This document shows, one piece after another, positions 63,970-64,000 of a stretch of 64,000 nucleotides of DNA. This stretch comes from Verrucomicrobiota bacterium (lineage in GTDB: Bacteria > Verrucomicrobiota > Verrucomicrobiia > Opitutales > Opitutaceae): contig JAQGON010000165.1 in NCBI GenBank assembly GCA_028293565.1, positions 1,011-65,010 on the forward strand, read 5' to 3'. Made by a program: the position numbers and the translations under genes. Below the pieces are notes generated by a model that was given only the letters and a program-made list of their open reading frames with translations, was not told the origin of the DNA and did not search any database. Numbering within the stretch: position 1 is the stretch's first letter; every line of letters begins with the position of its first letter.

Positions 63970-64000
63970 CGGCGCTGGCGGCGCCTTGAAATGGTTGCGT

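Noticed and set aside
1-64000. tRNA, rRNA or tmRNA genes, integrase or transposase genes
   Set aside because: Scanning intergenic regions by eye, I found no cloverleaf-like segment with a GTTCGAATC-type T-loop and no recombinase-like ORF. A tRNAscan or Infernal run would be needed to be certain.

Overview
High-GC bacterial chromosomal window. Hand-counted 60-nt lines give about 68-72% GC, except one 3.4 kb islet at about 53-62%. I support about 45 protein genes. I saw no rRNA, tRNA or CRISPR array. All family calls rest on motifs I recognised in the supplied translations; no HMM or BLAST search was possible.

Content, left to right:
- ECF sigma and a divergent LysR regulator.
- Patatin-like lipase, SnoaL-like protein and a small lipoprotein.
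- A secreted beta-propeller fused to a TIM-barrel domain.
- A low-GC islet holding a frameshifted DUF2075 nuclease/helicase and a small kinase-like gene.
- MFS transporter, GNAT, DUF3892 protein and an RRM RNA-binding protein.
- An erythrin-VIT1 (MbfA-like) iron exporter directly downstream of a translationally coupled operon: kaiC, kaiB, kaiB, hybrid histidine kinase, histidine kinase. No kaiA is present.
- purC, cinA, uvrC and a sialate O-acetylesterase.
- A 1988-aa secreted delta-60-repeat protein.
- DUF4139 protein, an outer-membrane barrel, Bcp, a second kinase-like paralog and a CNNM/CorC protein.
- An aldolase/oxidoreductase/PfkB kinase operon.
- A GH116 / NahK-like anomeric kinase / PIG-L deacetylase operon, next to a nucleotidyltransferase and a TonB-dependent receptor.
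- An atypical LuxR regulator and a GH38 mannosidase.
- A five-gene cassette (oxidoreductase, TIM-barrel isomerase, enolase-superfamily enzyme, substrate-binding-protein/permease fusion, permease), bracketed by inverted copies of a hairpin-ended MITE-like element.
- A clan GH-D alpha-galactosidase that runs off the window edge.

At least four families of intergenic repeats are present. The content (glycoside-hydrolase-rich, TonB receptors, delta-60 repeats, 'FTAKDAK'-type repeat ORFs) suggests a Verrucomicrobiota/Opitutales-like organism. That is low-confidence inference only.

Most interesting items:
- The KaiA-less Kai module. Both KaiB copies have basic SPRR-type N-terminal tails, and KaiC has a C-terminal coiled-coil tail.
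- A duplicated promoter-plus-dyad block that predicts a LysR regulon.
- The low-GC DUF2075/kinase-like islet.
- The SBP-permease fusion with a topology-correcting extra transmembrane helix.
- The MITE-bracketed cassette.
- The GH116-NahK-deacetylase salvage cluster.
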